The position numbers and the translations under genes are program-made. A stretch of DNA of 64,000 nt, from NCBI RefSeq assembly GCF_006345805.1, contig NC_042997.1:126480001-126544000 (forward strand), written 5' to 3'. Below, one piece after another: positions 1-14,475 of this stretch. Each line of letters starts with the position of its first letter. The first letter of the stretch is position 1. The DNA comes from Octopus sinensis. Its lineage: Eukaryota. A model generated the notes under the pieces. That model ran no database searches, was not told the DNA's origin, and saw only the letters and a program-made list of their open reading frames with translations.

Positions 1-1006
1 CACCAAGGTAGCTCCTATGTGGTCACCTGCTCTGTTAGAAATATCAACCAAATTATCCTGAAATACACCTTTGTCATATACTGTTGGCGTCATACTTATA
101 TCACCGTAATCACTGTGACCGACCAGGCTATCAGATGTTGCTACACATCGTTGGTCATAATGCACTACACATTGTTATAGCCTGCAAATGACGCCACCCT
201 GCTGGCTAAGCGAGCAGCCCAACAGAAGAAATAGTGAGAGAAAGTTGTGGCGAAAGAGTACAACAGGGATCACCACCACCCCCTGCCGGAGCCTCATGGA
301 GCTTTAGGTGTTTTTGCTCAATAAACACTCACAACGCCTTGTCTGGGAATCAAAACCACAATCCTACGACTGCGAGTCCGCTGCCCTAACCACTGGGCCA
401 TTGCGCCTCCACCATACTTATATACTCACACCATTCTTCAGACACAGCTGCACAGCTACTCCAAACTGACATCAGTCACCTCGAAATTTTGACTCAAAAG
501 TAATAGAATTAAATTAGCTGCTACCAAATTCAGTGTCTCCCTCCATAAACCAAAAACTTTGGCATCCTTCCTGATTTCCTATGTTTGCTTATATTTCAAG
601 GACGATGGCTATTCTCTTCACTTAAGTATAATAAGTACCTTTTGATTTAGTCTGTTTCTCATCAGCCACCACAGATAATTTGTAATTAGGACCTTGGCTC
701 AAGTCCAGTTGCAAGAACTACCAAATAATAATAATGGAACTATGGTTTGAGGGAACACTGCAACAACTTCTTGGTAACTTTGTCTTCAGTTCCACAGGCA
801 TGCATTACTACAGAATATCAAGTTATTAAAGAGGTGCCTTGACAATTGTGGTAGAGTCTCAATATGGTATCATCTGTATACGAAGCTGTGTGTGTATTGA
901 AGGTGTGTGGGAAGGTCGTGTAGGCACAGGTCTAAAAGAATGGGCAAGAGGGTGCATCATCATCATCATCATCATAATCATAACCACCACCACCACCACC
1001 ACCACC

Positions 1007-1038
<32 letters not shown>

Positions 1039-1494
1039 TTAACATCTGTTGCTAGCATGGGTTGGACAGTTTGACTGAAAACTGGTAAATTGAGGATCCG
1101 CACCAGGTTTCAATGTGATTTAGCAGTGTTTCTATAGCTGGATGCCCTTCCTAATGCCAACCACTCCAAACTTGTAGCGAGTGCTTTTTATGTGCTACTG
1201 GCACTGGTGCCAGTTATGAAACACTGGCATCAGCCCATGACTACGATCTCACTTGGTTTGACAGGTCTTCTCAAGTACTGTAAATTGCCACAGGTCTCAG
1301 TCACTTGTCACTGCCTCCATGAGGCCCAAAGTTCGAAGGGTGCTTTTTACATACCAGCGGCATGGGCGCCAGGTATATGATACTGGCATCAGCCATGACT
1401 CCAATTTCATTTGGCTTGATGGGTCTTCTCAAGATCACACAATGTTCAAAGGGTGTGTTTTACCTTTAGTATTCAGATTTCTCTTTCAAATGTA

Positions 1495-1895
1495 ATCATC
1501 ATCATCATCGTTTAATGTCCGCTTTCCATGCTAGCATGGGTTGGACGATTTTGACTGAGGACTGGCAAACCAGATGGCTGCACCAGGCTCCAATCTTGAT
1601 TTGGCAGAGTTTCTACTGCTGGATGCCCTTCCTAACGCCAACCACTCCGAGAGTGTAGTGGGTGCTTTTCACGTGCCACCGGCACGAGGGCCAGTCAGGT
1701 GGTACTGGCAATGACCTCGCTCGAATCCTTTTACACATGCCACCAGCACAGGTGCCAGTAAGGCGACTTTGGTAACGATCATGCTCGAATGGTGCCCTTT
1801 TACGTGCCACTGGCACAGAAGCCAGTTGGCTTCTCTGGCAACGATCACGCTCGGATGGTCCTCTTGGCACCCTACTAGCACGGGCATAAGTGCCA
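1495..1895 (-). mobile_element. SINE family C, minus-strand copy
   Basis: Other minus copies at ~1020-1430, 2640-3020, 3595-3890, 12563-12790, 27660-28090, 29085-29225, 48820-49005 and 49095-49380. Confidence 0.88.
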
Positions 1896-4150
1896 ATCAC
1901 ATATTGTCTCACTGCTTTGAGATTTTGATGATGTGACTGTCTGTTTTAAAATGACATTATAGGGTAGGTGTGAGGTGCCAGATCTGTCTGGTTTGAACAT
2001 AAAGCAGGTACAATATTTGGGTCGGCTACGACCAGTTTAAATGTTAAAGGGTTAAGCTATGTAAGAGGTCAGTTAGTGGTATTAAAGTAGGCAACAGATT
2101 AAGTCTATCACCCAAATAAGCCATGGTGGCATTTGAACTCAGAATGCAAAGAGCCAGGCAAATATTGCAAAGAATCAAGTCTGACATTCTTACAGTTCCA
2201 CCAATGCACTTCCTTGGATTGTTACCGTTTTATCAACCTCCAAAAGAATAAGAAAAAAGGCTGAGCTTGAACACAGAGTGCATGGAGTCAGAATAAATAC
2301 CATGAAGAATTCTGTCTGATGTTCTAATAGCTCTGTCAATTTGTCAGGAGTAAAATGGGTTGTAAATTCTGGATGAATTGTGGAACTATGGTCTAAGGAT
2401 GAACACCGGAGCAGCTTTTCATCAACTTCTCCAGTGTCACTGACATATTTCAGTACAATGCTTTTAATGATTCAATCAATTATATAATGAAATACGAGCT
2501 AATTAAATAAGGCTCCTACTGCACCATTGTCTCTGAATATGTACAGTGTCAGTGATAGAAGCAATAAAACATCAGTCCTTGACTCTTTAGTTTAACCATT
2601 TGATCATCTATATCTCTCCAGCTCTCCCACTCATCATTATCATCATCATCATCGTCGTCGTCGTTGTCATCATCATCATCATCATTTAATGTCTGCTTTC
2701 CATGCTAGCATGGGTTGGACGATTTGACTGTGGACTGGCGAACCATATGGCTACACCAGACTCCAATCCGATCTGGCAGAGTTTCTACAGCTTGATGCCC
2801 TTCCTAATGCAACCACCCTGAGAGTGTAGTGGGTGCATTTACGTGCCACCGGCATGAGGGCCAGTCAGATGGTACTGGCAATGGCCACACTCAAAAATGG
2901 TGTTTTTTACATGCCACCTGCACAGGAGCCAGTCCAGCAGCACTGGCAATGCTCTCGCTCGAATGCTTTTTTCATGTGCCACTGGCACAAGTGCCAGTAA
3001 GGCGACGCTGGTAACGATCACTATAATGATTTAATGGTTTAAAATGTTAGCACAAAACCAGCAATTTTTATAAGAGTGGGTAGTTGATTACACATACCTA
3101 GTGGTTGACTGATACTTATTTAATTAACCCCTAAAAGAATGAAAGAATTTGAACTCAGAATGTAAAGAGCCCATAGAAATGTCACTAAACATTTTACCTA
3201 TCAGGTTAATGATTCTGCAAGCTCACCCACTTTCCTTCCCACTTTAATAATGACTAATTGCATTGCAAGGTGCATTAAAGCCTGATACACTGTGTAACAT
3301 GATTTTTGTCCTTGATTAGCTACTGTTGCTTCCTATTTGTTTACCCCTAGAAAGTATGAAAAATTTCCTTCAAAATTTGCTTTTGATACATTTTTTCAAA
3401 CCCCAAAGAATCCCTCTCAACAGATGTCTATGATGCTTCCCCACTACTCCTGTTCATGATCAGAGAGGCACATATTGTCAGCCACTAAAGGACATGCTCA
3501 AGTGGTTAAGGTCAAGCAAGTGACAAGTAAATCTATGGTATTGAGCAGAACATTTGCTACTATGATATTTCTGCTTCAACAACTCAGCTCTGAATCACCA
3601 TCATCATTGTTTGACATCCGTTTTCCATGCTGGCATGAGTTATACAGTTTGACTGAGGTCTGAAAAGCCAGTGGCTGCACCAGGCTCCAATCTGATCCAG
3701 CAATGTTTCTACAGCTGGATGCCCTTCCAAATGTCAACCACTCCGAGAGTGTAGCGGGTGCCTTGTATGTTCCAGTGGCACAGAAGTCGGCCAGGTGACC
3801 CTGGCTTCTATCACATTTGGATAGTGCTTTTTATGTGGCTGGCATTGGTAGCCAGTCAGGGGACACTGACATCAGCCATATTTGGATGGTACTTTTCAAT
3901 ATAAAAACATAACATTGATGTTCAGGGCGCAAAATCAAAGATTGGAAAGAATAGCAGTCATTTCTTTTGATTTCTAGAGAGAAGCAAATAGGAAATAACA
4001 CTCACTGACCAAAGACAAAAAAAAAAAAAAAAAAAAAAAAAGAAAATTATCACACTGAGTTATCTGTTTCTCTTTTTGAAAGCAAACATTTTAATGTAAT
4101 TTCGTACAGTGTCACCAATGAATAAACTCTGCAATGTTGTTATTTCACAG

Positions 4151-4257
4151 ACCTCTGCGGCCAACAGAATTAACAATCTTCTCTCACAGCACAGTCAACG
4201 TATCCTGGACATCTATGCCACCTCACACCAAATCTCAAAACTTTCACAGGCAATCAT
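4151..4257 (+). CDS. Putative internal coding exon of an unidentified host gene (frame 0: TSAANRINNLLSQHSQRILDIYATSHQISKLSQAI, ends phase 2)
   Basis: Non-repetitive 107-bp segment flanked by acceptor ttgttatttcacAG and donor GTAAGT. Two frames are open; frame 0 is preferred because it is phase-compatible with exon 61342-61513. Confidence 0.55.
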
Positions 4258-4269
4258 GTAAGTAGATAC

Positions 4270-4669
4270 TCTTTCACTTGTTTCAGTCATTTGACTGTGG
4301 CCATGCTGGAGCACCACCTTTAGTCGAGCAAATTGACCCTAGGACTTATTCTTTGTAAGCCTAGTACTTATTCTATCAGTCTCTTTTGCCAAACCGCTAA
4401 GATACGGGGACGTAAACACATCAGCATTGGTTGTCAAGCGATGTTGGAGGGGGGGGGACACAGACACACAAACATATACACACACATACGTATATATATA
4501 TACATATATATGACAGGCTTCTTTCAGTTTCCGTCTACCAAATCCACTCACAAGTCTTTGGTCGGTCCGAGGCTATAGTAGAAGACACTTGCCCAAGGTG
4601 CCACACAGTGGCAATGAACCCGGAACCATGTGGTTGGTAAGCAAGCTACTTACCACACAGCCACTCCTA
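4270..4669 (-). mobile_element. SINE family A, minus-strand copy
   Basis: Reverse complement of the 21789 copy; further minus copies at ~10711-11112, 13590-13812, 34925-35100 and 42740-43100. Confidence 0.9.
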
Positions 4670-5682
4670 TTCATGTTATAATTGTTATGAATATTATCAT
4701 TATCATCGTCGTCATCATCATCTTCATTTAACATTCACTTTTCCATAGTTGCATATGTGAAATTGAATTTGTTGAGCCAGATAGACTACAATCACATGCT
4801 CTTCCTGTTACCAAAGCCTCATCTGTTTCCAAGTAAAGTAAATTTTCTCCATGGCCAGAAGACTGAAAATGAACAACATTGCTTGTATGATGTTGATGCT
4901 TGTTAACAACCATGATGTCAACACTAGGGTACATGCAAACAGACAAGCACATACATATATACATATATAGCGAGGTCGTTGCCAGTACCGCCTGACTGGC
5001 CCTTGTGCCGGTGGCACGTAAAACCACCCACTATGCTCTCAGAATGGTTGGCGTTAGGAAGGGCATCCAGCTGTAGAAACTCTGCCAGATCAGATTGGAG
5101 CCTGGTGTAGCCTCCGGGCTTCTCAGACCCTGGTCAAACCGTTCAACCCATGCTAGCAGGGAAAACGGATGTTAAACGATGATGATGATGATGATGGCAT
5201 ATATGCATGTGTGGGTGCAGGATGTCACTAACAGTAAACAACATATACATATATATATATTATTTATATTATCTATCTATTTACTACCTACCTGTCTGCC
5301 TGTCTGTCTATCTATCTATCTAGCTATCATCATCATTATTTAATGTATTGTTTCCATGCTGGTATGGTTTGGATGGTTTATATGATTTCGTACCGACACG
5401 TGTCTCTGCTGCATAAGTGTTCTAAATTCCTTTGATGCAGCATTTATGCACATTTAGTTGGTTCAGCTGCGCTACATATACATCCAGGGTAGACATTCCT
5501 ATGCAGCTTTGTTTAAGGTTTTACCCATGTGCATGGATGAAACAAAGTAAGGAATCCAGTGTTAGATGGTCACATATACCATGCTGTGAAAAAAATGCTT
5601 CCAGTACATTCTAAAGCAATTAGTGAGTGTGTGGAAGACATCTTAGAGTTCAGGAAGACCCTTATTTTGTCTTATCAAGGAC

Positions 5683-5897
5683 ATGACAAAAAATGTGCCA
5701 TGAAAAAATGTGCCATGAAAAAATGTGCCATGAAAAAAATGTGCCATGAAAAAATGTGCCATGAAAAAATGTGTCATGAAAAAATGTGCCATGAAAAAAT
5801 GTGCCATGAAAAAATGTGCCATGAAAAATGTGCCATGAAAAAATGTACCATGAAAAATGTGCCATGAAAAAAATGCGCCATGAAAAAATGTGTCCAT
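5683..5897 (+). repeat. 15-16-bp minisatellite (catgaaaaaatgtgc)n, ~13 units
   Basis: Direct inspection; explains the repetitive ORFs at 5559-5924. Confidence 0.92.
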
Positions 5898-6629
5898 AAA
5901 AATAATTGACATTAAAGAGGGCATCAGGCCCTTTTTAATGTTTACAACTTATCTGTTAAATGAAAACAAAGGAGAGGATCATGGTTCTCTGGCTATGTCT
6001 AGGAGAGTAGTAAACTAAATGAGAAATTTCTCAGACTGTTATAGTCTGTCCAAGTCTTGACTGTGAGGAAAGTAGATGTAAAATGACAATGGTAATAATG
6101 ATGGCATACATACATACATACATACATACATACATACATACATACATACATACGTACATACATACATACCATGGACAAGCATCTTCTAGTGTGGCTCATT
6201 GTATATGTATATGAGTGTGTGTGTGTGTGTGTGTATGTGTGTGTGTGTGTGCATGTGTGTGTGAGTGTTTGTGTATGCATGTATGTATATGTATATATTC
6301 TGATCCAGTCAATGTTTCAACTGTTTGATGCATAAATGCTCCAAGTTGCATGCTAGATATTGTAAATGAGTTGTAAATATTTCATAAACAATAGAACTAT
6401 TTAAATGCACATTCAGTTATGCATTCAAATATACTGGTGAATAACAACACAATCTATATAACTGTACACTGAACAAAATATCGAATAATCTCTTTCTCTT
6501 CGTGCACACAACACAACATACGCAAACACAAATGCACATACATACACTCACATATATAATATATATAATATATACATCAACAAGAATGAAAAACAAATAC
6601 ATATATACTGCAATGGGAGTAATATGTTC

Positions 6630-6699
6630 TATACATACATACATACACACGCATATATACATATATATATATACATATATACACACATACATATATACT

Positions 6700-6782
<83 letters not shown>

Positions 6783-6920
6783 CACATATACAGATACATA
6801 TATAAATAAACATATATACATACATATATATACACACACATATATACACATATATATGTATATATATGTATATATGTATATATAATGTGTGTGTTTGTAT
6901 ATATGTATGTATATGAATAA

Positions 6921-6986
<66 letters not shown>

Positions 6987-7301
6987 TATATGTATGTATA
7001 TTTATATACATTATATATATATATATCTATAAATATATGTAGTAGCTATAGATTTAATATTTTACTCAATTGATATTTTGGTCAGCTATATAATTGAGTA
7101 AAATATATCTATAAATATATATATATATAATATATATATAATACACACACATTATATATATATAATGTGTGGTATATATATATATAAATGTATATATAAC
7201 ATACACACACATACATATATGTATGTATATAATACATATATACATACATGCATATATATATATATGTATATACATACATACATATATATATATATACATA
7301 C

Positions 7302-7358
<57 letters not shown>

Positions 7359-7386
7359 CATACATACATACATATGTATATATATA

Positions 7387-7451
<65 letters not shown>

Positions 7452-7465
7452 ATATATATATACAC
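6630..7465. repeat. Compound (AT)n/(AC)n microsatellite region
   Basis: Long TA runs. Similar blocks at ~8050-8335, 14320-14560, 27075-27260, 27500-27660 and 61060-61250. Confidence 0.95.
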
Positions 7466-8047
7466 TTCTATAGGAATGCAAAATATTGAGTGGATTGAAC
7501 TCAAATTGATGTAAACAAACACAAGACTGTTATATGTGTACTATATGGGGGATATACACATATTTGTATTTTAATATAGCGGCATTTACATATACATACA
7601 CAATGTATACGCACACACAATGTATACACACACAGACCACACACATGAATATCTTTTATATATTCATTATGACAATTTTATATACTCACATGAAAATAAA
7701 TTATCTTTCAAAATTTATTCAATCATTAGAAACGAACACACTGGCAACATAATACGCATGCACACATACACACTTTGCTCTTTAATAGCATGCAACAAAA
7801 AGGCAGAATGATTTCTGCATTTATGATCCTATATACATATAATATATTCTGGATAATTCACTGACAGTACAAGGATTTAATTGCATTACAAATAGTATGC
7901 ACAGTGAAGCTTAACGTCATGGAAAGATTTTGCCTATCAAGCATCAAAACGGTAACCATTCACTGAATTACATACGGATTTTCATCTATGAAATTGGCAT
8001 TATGATAATGAATGTGAAATAATTTAATTTTTATATATTTAATAATT

Positions 8048-8095
<48 letters not shown>

Positions 8096-8190
8096 ATATA
8101 TTATATATATATATATATGTATATATATACATATATATATATGTGTGTGTGTGTGTTTGTGTATATATATATATATGTAATATATATATG

Positions 8191-8224
<34 letters not shown>

Positions 8225-8227
8225 TAA

Positions 8228-8302
<75 letters not shown>

Positions 8303-8436
8303 TATAATATATAATATATATATATATATATATAGTTCAGTTTGCATAACATTGCCAATCTTGCCTATTTGCATATGCATTATGCCACATCACCTGTCTA
8401 CGTCATATGATTATATAACTGCACATGTTCATACAT

Positions 8437-10090
8437 TATATATACAGGGATGGTCATATGTTGCTTTACCCTTTTCTAATAATAGCAAGAGCATTTAGAG
8501 AGTGCAAACCTCTGCCAAGGCAATACCAACGTCCTCTCAACAATTACCCAGAGATGATTTTTAAAATGAGAATAGTTAAAATCGGCCAAAAAGAGGTTGT
8601 CACAGTTCTACGACAGCACTCTTCACTCTATGAGATGACATCTGGTGTACCACAGGGATCTGTTCTTGGCACCCTTTTATTTGTTGCATATGTCAATGAC
8701 ACAGATGCCAACTTAAAGAATTCCACAGTGCTGAAGTATGCAGATGACATCAAGCTGTACCTCAAAATAAAGAGGACAGATCCTGTACACTATAGATCTT
8801 TATTGCAATCAGACTTGGACACAATGCAGCAATGGATCATGGACGGGCAACTCAAGCTGGCTGTGGACAAATGTACCACCATGCATTTTGGGAGGAAAAA
8901 CCCAGCGTCTACTTACTCCCTCCACAACACTAATCTCAAAAAGTCCTCTTGTGAATGTGACCAGGGCATTATTGTTGACAGCAATTTGCATTGGACAAAA
9001 CATATTGCTAAAATTGCCAAGAAGGCTGAGGGTGTCTTGGCATTACTTACCAAGTCCTTTGTGAGCCACTCTCTGGCTATCTATCTGAGGCTTTATATAG
9101 CTATGGTGCGGCCTCACCTGGAATTTGCATCATTGGTCTCGAACCCCTTACTTGCCCAGGATATTAATCATCTGGAAACCGTTCAGTGATGTGCAACCAA
9201 GAGAACACCCTCCATCAGGCATTTACCATATTCTGAATGCCTTACATCCCTGGGCATGGATACATTGAAACTCCGGTGTCTGGCAGCTGACTTGGTAGAC
9301 ACCCATAAAATTATTAACCATCTTACTAACTATAACTCTGAGCACCTTTTCAAACTCCATCTGTCTAACACCCGTGGACATGTTTACAAAGTCAGAGAAC
9401 AGCACAGCTCCCATGACTTTCGGAAACATTTTTTCACGCTAAGAGTTGCTGAAGTATGGAACAAACTGTCGGCATCAGTTGTTAGTTGTCGGAGCACTGC
9501 ATCCTTCAAAACTTCCATGCTTCCTGAGATTCGCCAACACTACATCTGATTTTCTCTCCTCCATACACCCGCAAGCATGTATCTGACTCATACACTATTC
9601 ACTTCCCAGACATTTGTACATTACCTCATATGATTTATACGCACTTTTGACAAGTTGTGGTGCACCTGAGCACTGTATACAATTATTTCATTATTATTAT
9701 TATAATCTCGACTGCTCTCACAAATAAGAATACTAAAAATGAACCTGACTGCTCTCAAAAGTCAAGTAAAAAAAAACAGAAAAATAATTCAGTATCTTTG
9801 TCTGATACTGGATTGATTCCAAAATCTAATCAGTTTGTACTCTCATAGATTATATATACAGGGATGGTCATATGTTGCTTTACCCATTTCTAATAAAAAC
9901 AAGAGCATTCAGAGAGTGCAAACCTCTTCCAAGGCAACACCAACGTCCTCTCAACAATTAGCCAGAGATGATTTTTAAAATGAGAATAGCTGAAATAACT
10001 CGACTGCTCTCACAAACGAGAATACTAAAAATGAACCCAACTGCTCTCAAAAATTCCGTCAAAAAAGCAGAAAAATTATTCAGAATTTTT
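8437..10090 (+). repeat. Tandem duplication of a ~280-bp unit; copy 1 (8437-8582 plus 9707-9850) is split by the LINE, copy 2 starts at 9851
   Basis: tatatacagggatggtcatatgttgctttaccc...atgagaatag and ctcgactgctctcacaaa...cagaaaaa each occur twice in colinear order. Confidence 0.85.
8583..9703 (+). mobile_element. 5'-truncated CR1/L2-type LINE (RT C-terminal part plus 3' UTR with (ATT)n tail), degenerate
   Basis: ORFs 8425-9189 and 9256-9549 contain SGVPQGSVLG, YADDIKLY, RPHLEFA, NTRGHVYK and FFTLRVAEVWNKL; internal stop; ends in ttattattattat. Confidence 0.9.
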
Positions 10091-13000
10091 GCCCATGCCC
10101 GTGACATGTAAAAGCACTCATCATACTTTTGGAGTGGTTGGCATTAGGGAGGGTATCCAGCTGTAGAAACCATGCCAGACCAGACTGGAGTCTAGTGCAG
10201 CCTCTCAACTTATCATCACTAGTAAAACTGTCCAACCCATGCCAGCATGGACAACGGATGTCAAATGATGATGATGATGATGATGTATGTATATATGAAT
10301 GTATTTATATACTTCATTATGCATAACAGAGGCAGTGTTAGTTTAAAACAACAATCTGTGTATCATACTTAATGCAGAGATACATCATGGAATTAATCCT
10401 TAGATAGTATCTCTTATAGATTTACAGTGTTAAATAACACAAAAATATATCAGTAGTGAATGTAAAATCATCCAGTAGCAGAGTTGAAGATGCTAGATAC
10501 ACATTTCTACTTTCTGAGGCCTCATCAGTACCAAGTATCCATTACACATCAAGTAAAACCACCACTTCCACTGGATGATTTTCATCTTTTACATCTATAA
10601 GAGATATATCTCAGGATGAAAATCACAGTTAACTAGGCTTTCAATGGTGTATCTGCATTAAGTATGAAATACAAATTGCTATTTTAAACTAATACAACTT
10701 CTGCTACCTATTCTCTCTTTACTCTTTTACTAGTTTCAGTCATTTGACTGTGGCCATGCTGGAGCACTACCTTTAGTCGAGCAAATCGACCCCAGGACTT
10801 ATTCTTTGTAAGCCTAGTGATTATTCTATTGGTCTCTTGCTGAACTGCTAAGTTACAGGGACATAAACACACCAGCATCGGTTATCAAGCGATGTTGTGG
10901 GAACAAACACAGACACACAAACATATACATATATATATACTTATATACGATGGGCTTCTTTCAGTTTCCGTTTACCAAATCCACTCACAAGGCTTTGGTT
11001 GGCTTGAGGCTATAGTAGAAGACACTTGCCCAAGGTACCATGCAGTGAGACTGAACCCAGAACCATGTGGTTGGTAAGCAAGCTACTTACGACACAGCCA
11101 CTCCTGTGCCTATACTGAATTTTTATTTAATAGGCTGGCTAATTTCAACATCAGTTATTTTCAGTCATGTTTTCCTTACAGATTTTGTAATAGCATGAGA
11201 TTACCCATGGGTACATGCTATTGATGAAGCCCTACAAAAAGCAGAAGCATGCACCTAGCAATACCTATACTGTAGCTGAACAATTTTCATCTATTACTGA
11301 TATATTTATATATACAAGGGTGGTATGTATCATACTAGTTCAGAGAAACAGATTTATTTATACTAGCACTAGAAGAGATAAAGGTAAAAACAGCAGAACT
11401 GCAATCCAATGTTGGTAGTGGGAAACATTGGCAATTAGCTGGATGGCCTTTATTTGAATGTAATGTTAGATGTCCACGTACGTAGCGACATCATTGCCCC
11501 AGATATAATATAATACATAATGAGCTTATTGCATACAGTGCACAGCTTTACTACAACTCATTAGAAAAGGTTAAAAGACGAGACAGAAAGCAGACATAGT
11601 ATAAGAAAAGGAAGATATCAACGAAAGCTAGAAGTACATGTAGAGTACACAGAATAAAACATAAAAATGGACAAAAGTTAACATTAAAAATGTCATAAAA
11701 AATATAAGTGTGTAGACTTGATTAGCTGGGAACTATATTATTTGATCTGGCCGTGTGCTATTCCAAAATAAAACCAATCACAATATTTAAATTATATTAA
11801 AATGTTTATATACAGACTGATATTAAAATTGTTGCCTTTCATAAAACATTATGCTGGATGCTTGCAACATAGTGTGTGAGAGTGCAAGCTTGATGAAAGG
11901 TGAAATTGTATGCTTGGTGATTAGAGATCTTTTAACACAATGTCAGAGAAGCATGGCTGCTGGTTCACCAAGAAGACATCTTTGTTGTATATCCCAAGCA
12001 TTTCAATTTACGTATGACCATGAATTGGCATGAAACTGCATAGAATTTTTCTGTACTCTTAACACCCACAAAAATGTGCCTGAAAAACAATTGGCTTAAG
12101 GTTAAGATTACATGATAAAGACTGTCATGGCTAAATATGGAAAATGATAAATTGCGGCCCTTTTCTCATTATAGGATTGATAAGGTTTTGAATGCTGAGA
12201 ACTTCTGAAAGTCCCTGGAAATACCAGGAGCAGTGTGGGTGAATTTCAGGAATATTTGAAGTATGCAGTGTTCCGATAGTTGACAATGAATGTGCTTCAG
12301 CAATTTTAAGCTTGAAAATATGCTCTCAAATATATGAGCAGTATTTCAGATATATCAAAACCTTATTTAGGATTGAAAACTAGAGATTATGTTACCAATG
12401 TAAAATTCATTGGGGACAGTTAAGAATGGGTATACCAAATATAGGTGGAATAGGTGAGAAAGAAATCTTTGTTGGTATTGAGGAAATCAAAATCAAATGG
12501 TGGCCAAAAGTATGAGACTCTGTATTAAGTAAAGAATATGTCATGACATAATCTGTATAAATATCATCATCATCGTTTAATGTCTGTTTTCCATACTAGT
12601 ATGGGTTGGACGGTTCGATCAGGGTTTGGGAAGCCAGGAGGCTGCACCAGACTCCAGTCTGATCTGGCAGTGTTTCTACAGCTGGATGCCCTTCCTAAAG
12701 CCCACCACTCCATGAGTGTAGTGGGTGCTTTTTACATGCCACCGGCACAGGAGCCAGGGGAGGCTGGCAGCGGCCACAATCGGTTGGTGCCAACCGCACC
12801 AGCACCAATCTGTATAAATAATATCAGATAAAATGAATTGATACAAGGAAGCAGAACAATAAATATGAATCTTTCCATGACATAACAAGTCAATTCATTT
12901 AAATATATTGTTTGTAATGACTATTTTGTACAAAGTTCAGCCTTTTTCTTCTTGCAACAATAAATGTAGACTATGTTAAAGAAGACAACTTAGAAGCTGA

Positions 13001-14444
13001 TAGGCTTTGCCCAATTTTAGCATTTGTGTTGAATTCAAGTGAAGGACTGAAATTCTGAAGAGGATCAGTAACTGTTCAAACCAGAAGTCATTCCTGGATC
13101 TGAAGAGATACAGTTTCGTTGTTCTTGATATGTTGATACAAGAATCATTGAAATGTGGTCAGAGTGAGGTTATGCGTAGTTGAGAAGTTCGCCTCACAAC
13201 CATGTAGTTTCAAGTTCCACCCCACTGGGCAGCACTTAGGGAGAAAGCGGCATCTGCTACAACACCGGGGCAGCCAATGCCTTGTCAGTGAATTTTGTAG
13301 ATGGAAACGGAAAGAAGGCTTTTGCATATATCTATATGTGTGTGTGTGTGTGTGTGCGTGTGTATGTCTGTATTTATGTATGTGTGTTTGTGTGCACGTT
13401 TGTGTATGCGCATGTGTGTGTGAGTTTGCATGTGTGCACGTGTATGTGCATGTTTTTTGTACATGTGCATGTGTGCATGTGTGTGTGGGTTTTTATGCGT
13501 GTGCATGTGTGTATGTGTGTGTGCATGCATGTATGCGTGTGTGTGTGTTTGTTCTCCCACCACTGCCTGACAACCTACATGCATATCTTTATCTTTTACT
13601 TGTTTCAGTCATTAGACTGTGGCCATGCTGGGGCACTGCCTTGGAAAATTTTAGCTTTTTTTCAGTTTCTGTCTACCAAATCCACTCACAAGCCTTTGGT
13701 CGGCCTGAGCCTAAAATAGAAGATACTTGCCAAAGGTGCTATGCAGTGGGACTGATCCCAGAACCATGTGCTTGGGAAGCAAGCTTCTTACCACACAGCC
13801 ACTCCTGTGCCTATGTGTGCGTATGTATACACACACACATGCACTACATGCTCACACATGCACTACATGCTCGCACATGCATATACACATATAAAGTGAA
13901 GTTGTCCATTATACATTATACATTCCATATTATAATAACATTGTATTAGACATCTTGCCCCAACCCACCAAACTTGATAAAATCACTTTCATGAGTGAAC
14001 TTGATATCTTCTCCTCTGCAAGTTGGGAAGAAGGAAAACTTGATTCTATGTGTGTGTGTGTGTGGATGTGTGTAAGAATGTAGGAGCGATGCTGTTGTTG
14101 TTGGTTGTGTTGGTGTGGGTGTAGGTGATGGTAGTGGGAGCTCTCCTTTCTGAAATGCATCACTGCATGTCATTTTGTCACACTTCATTGCATTTCTTAC
14201 AAGAATTAAAGTTTTCGTGTAAGATTTTAAAAAAAACCCAAAAAACAAAAAGAAAATTTTACCAAAGAAAAATTTCTTATACATGGATGCATTTCCCCAA
14301 GTTTGTGTTTTTATTATTTTCATATATATATATATATATAAATGCACATATATATATATATACATATATATATGTATATATGTATATATATATATACATA
14401 CATACATATATATATATATATAATATATATATAATATACATATA

Positions 14445-14475
<31 letters not shown>

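Noticed and set aside
601-634. Good acceptor followed by a short open frame (RWLFSSLKYN or DDGYSLHL)
   Set aside because: Donor ambiguous and segment too short to support.
6417-8380. Long YI/YT/HT-rich ORFs here and at ~14125-14736, 22394-22958, 27016-27812, 47517-48028, 50698-51062 and 60821-61349
   Set aside because: They are translations of (AT)n, (AC)n and (ATAC)n microsatellites that lack stop codons; no coding signal.
10490-10545. Minus-strand CTGATGA...GAAAtgtgTA hammerhead-like core
   Set aside because: Stems I and II do not pair convincingly; single decayed copy.
11180-11231. Minus-strand exon candidate GFINSMYPWVISCYYKI with good AG/GT
   Set aside because: Only 52 bp, and no supporting neighbouring minus-strand exons could be linked.
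13949-14049. Plus-strand open frame [33 protein letters not shown]
   Set aside because: Weak acceptor, donor only inside a (GT)n run, and phase does not fit exon 4151 frame 0.
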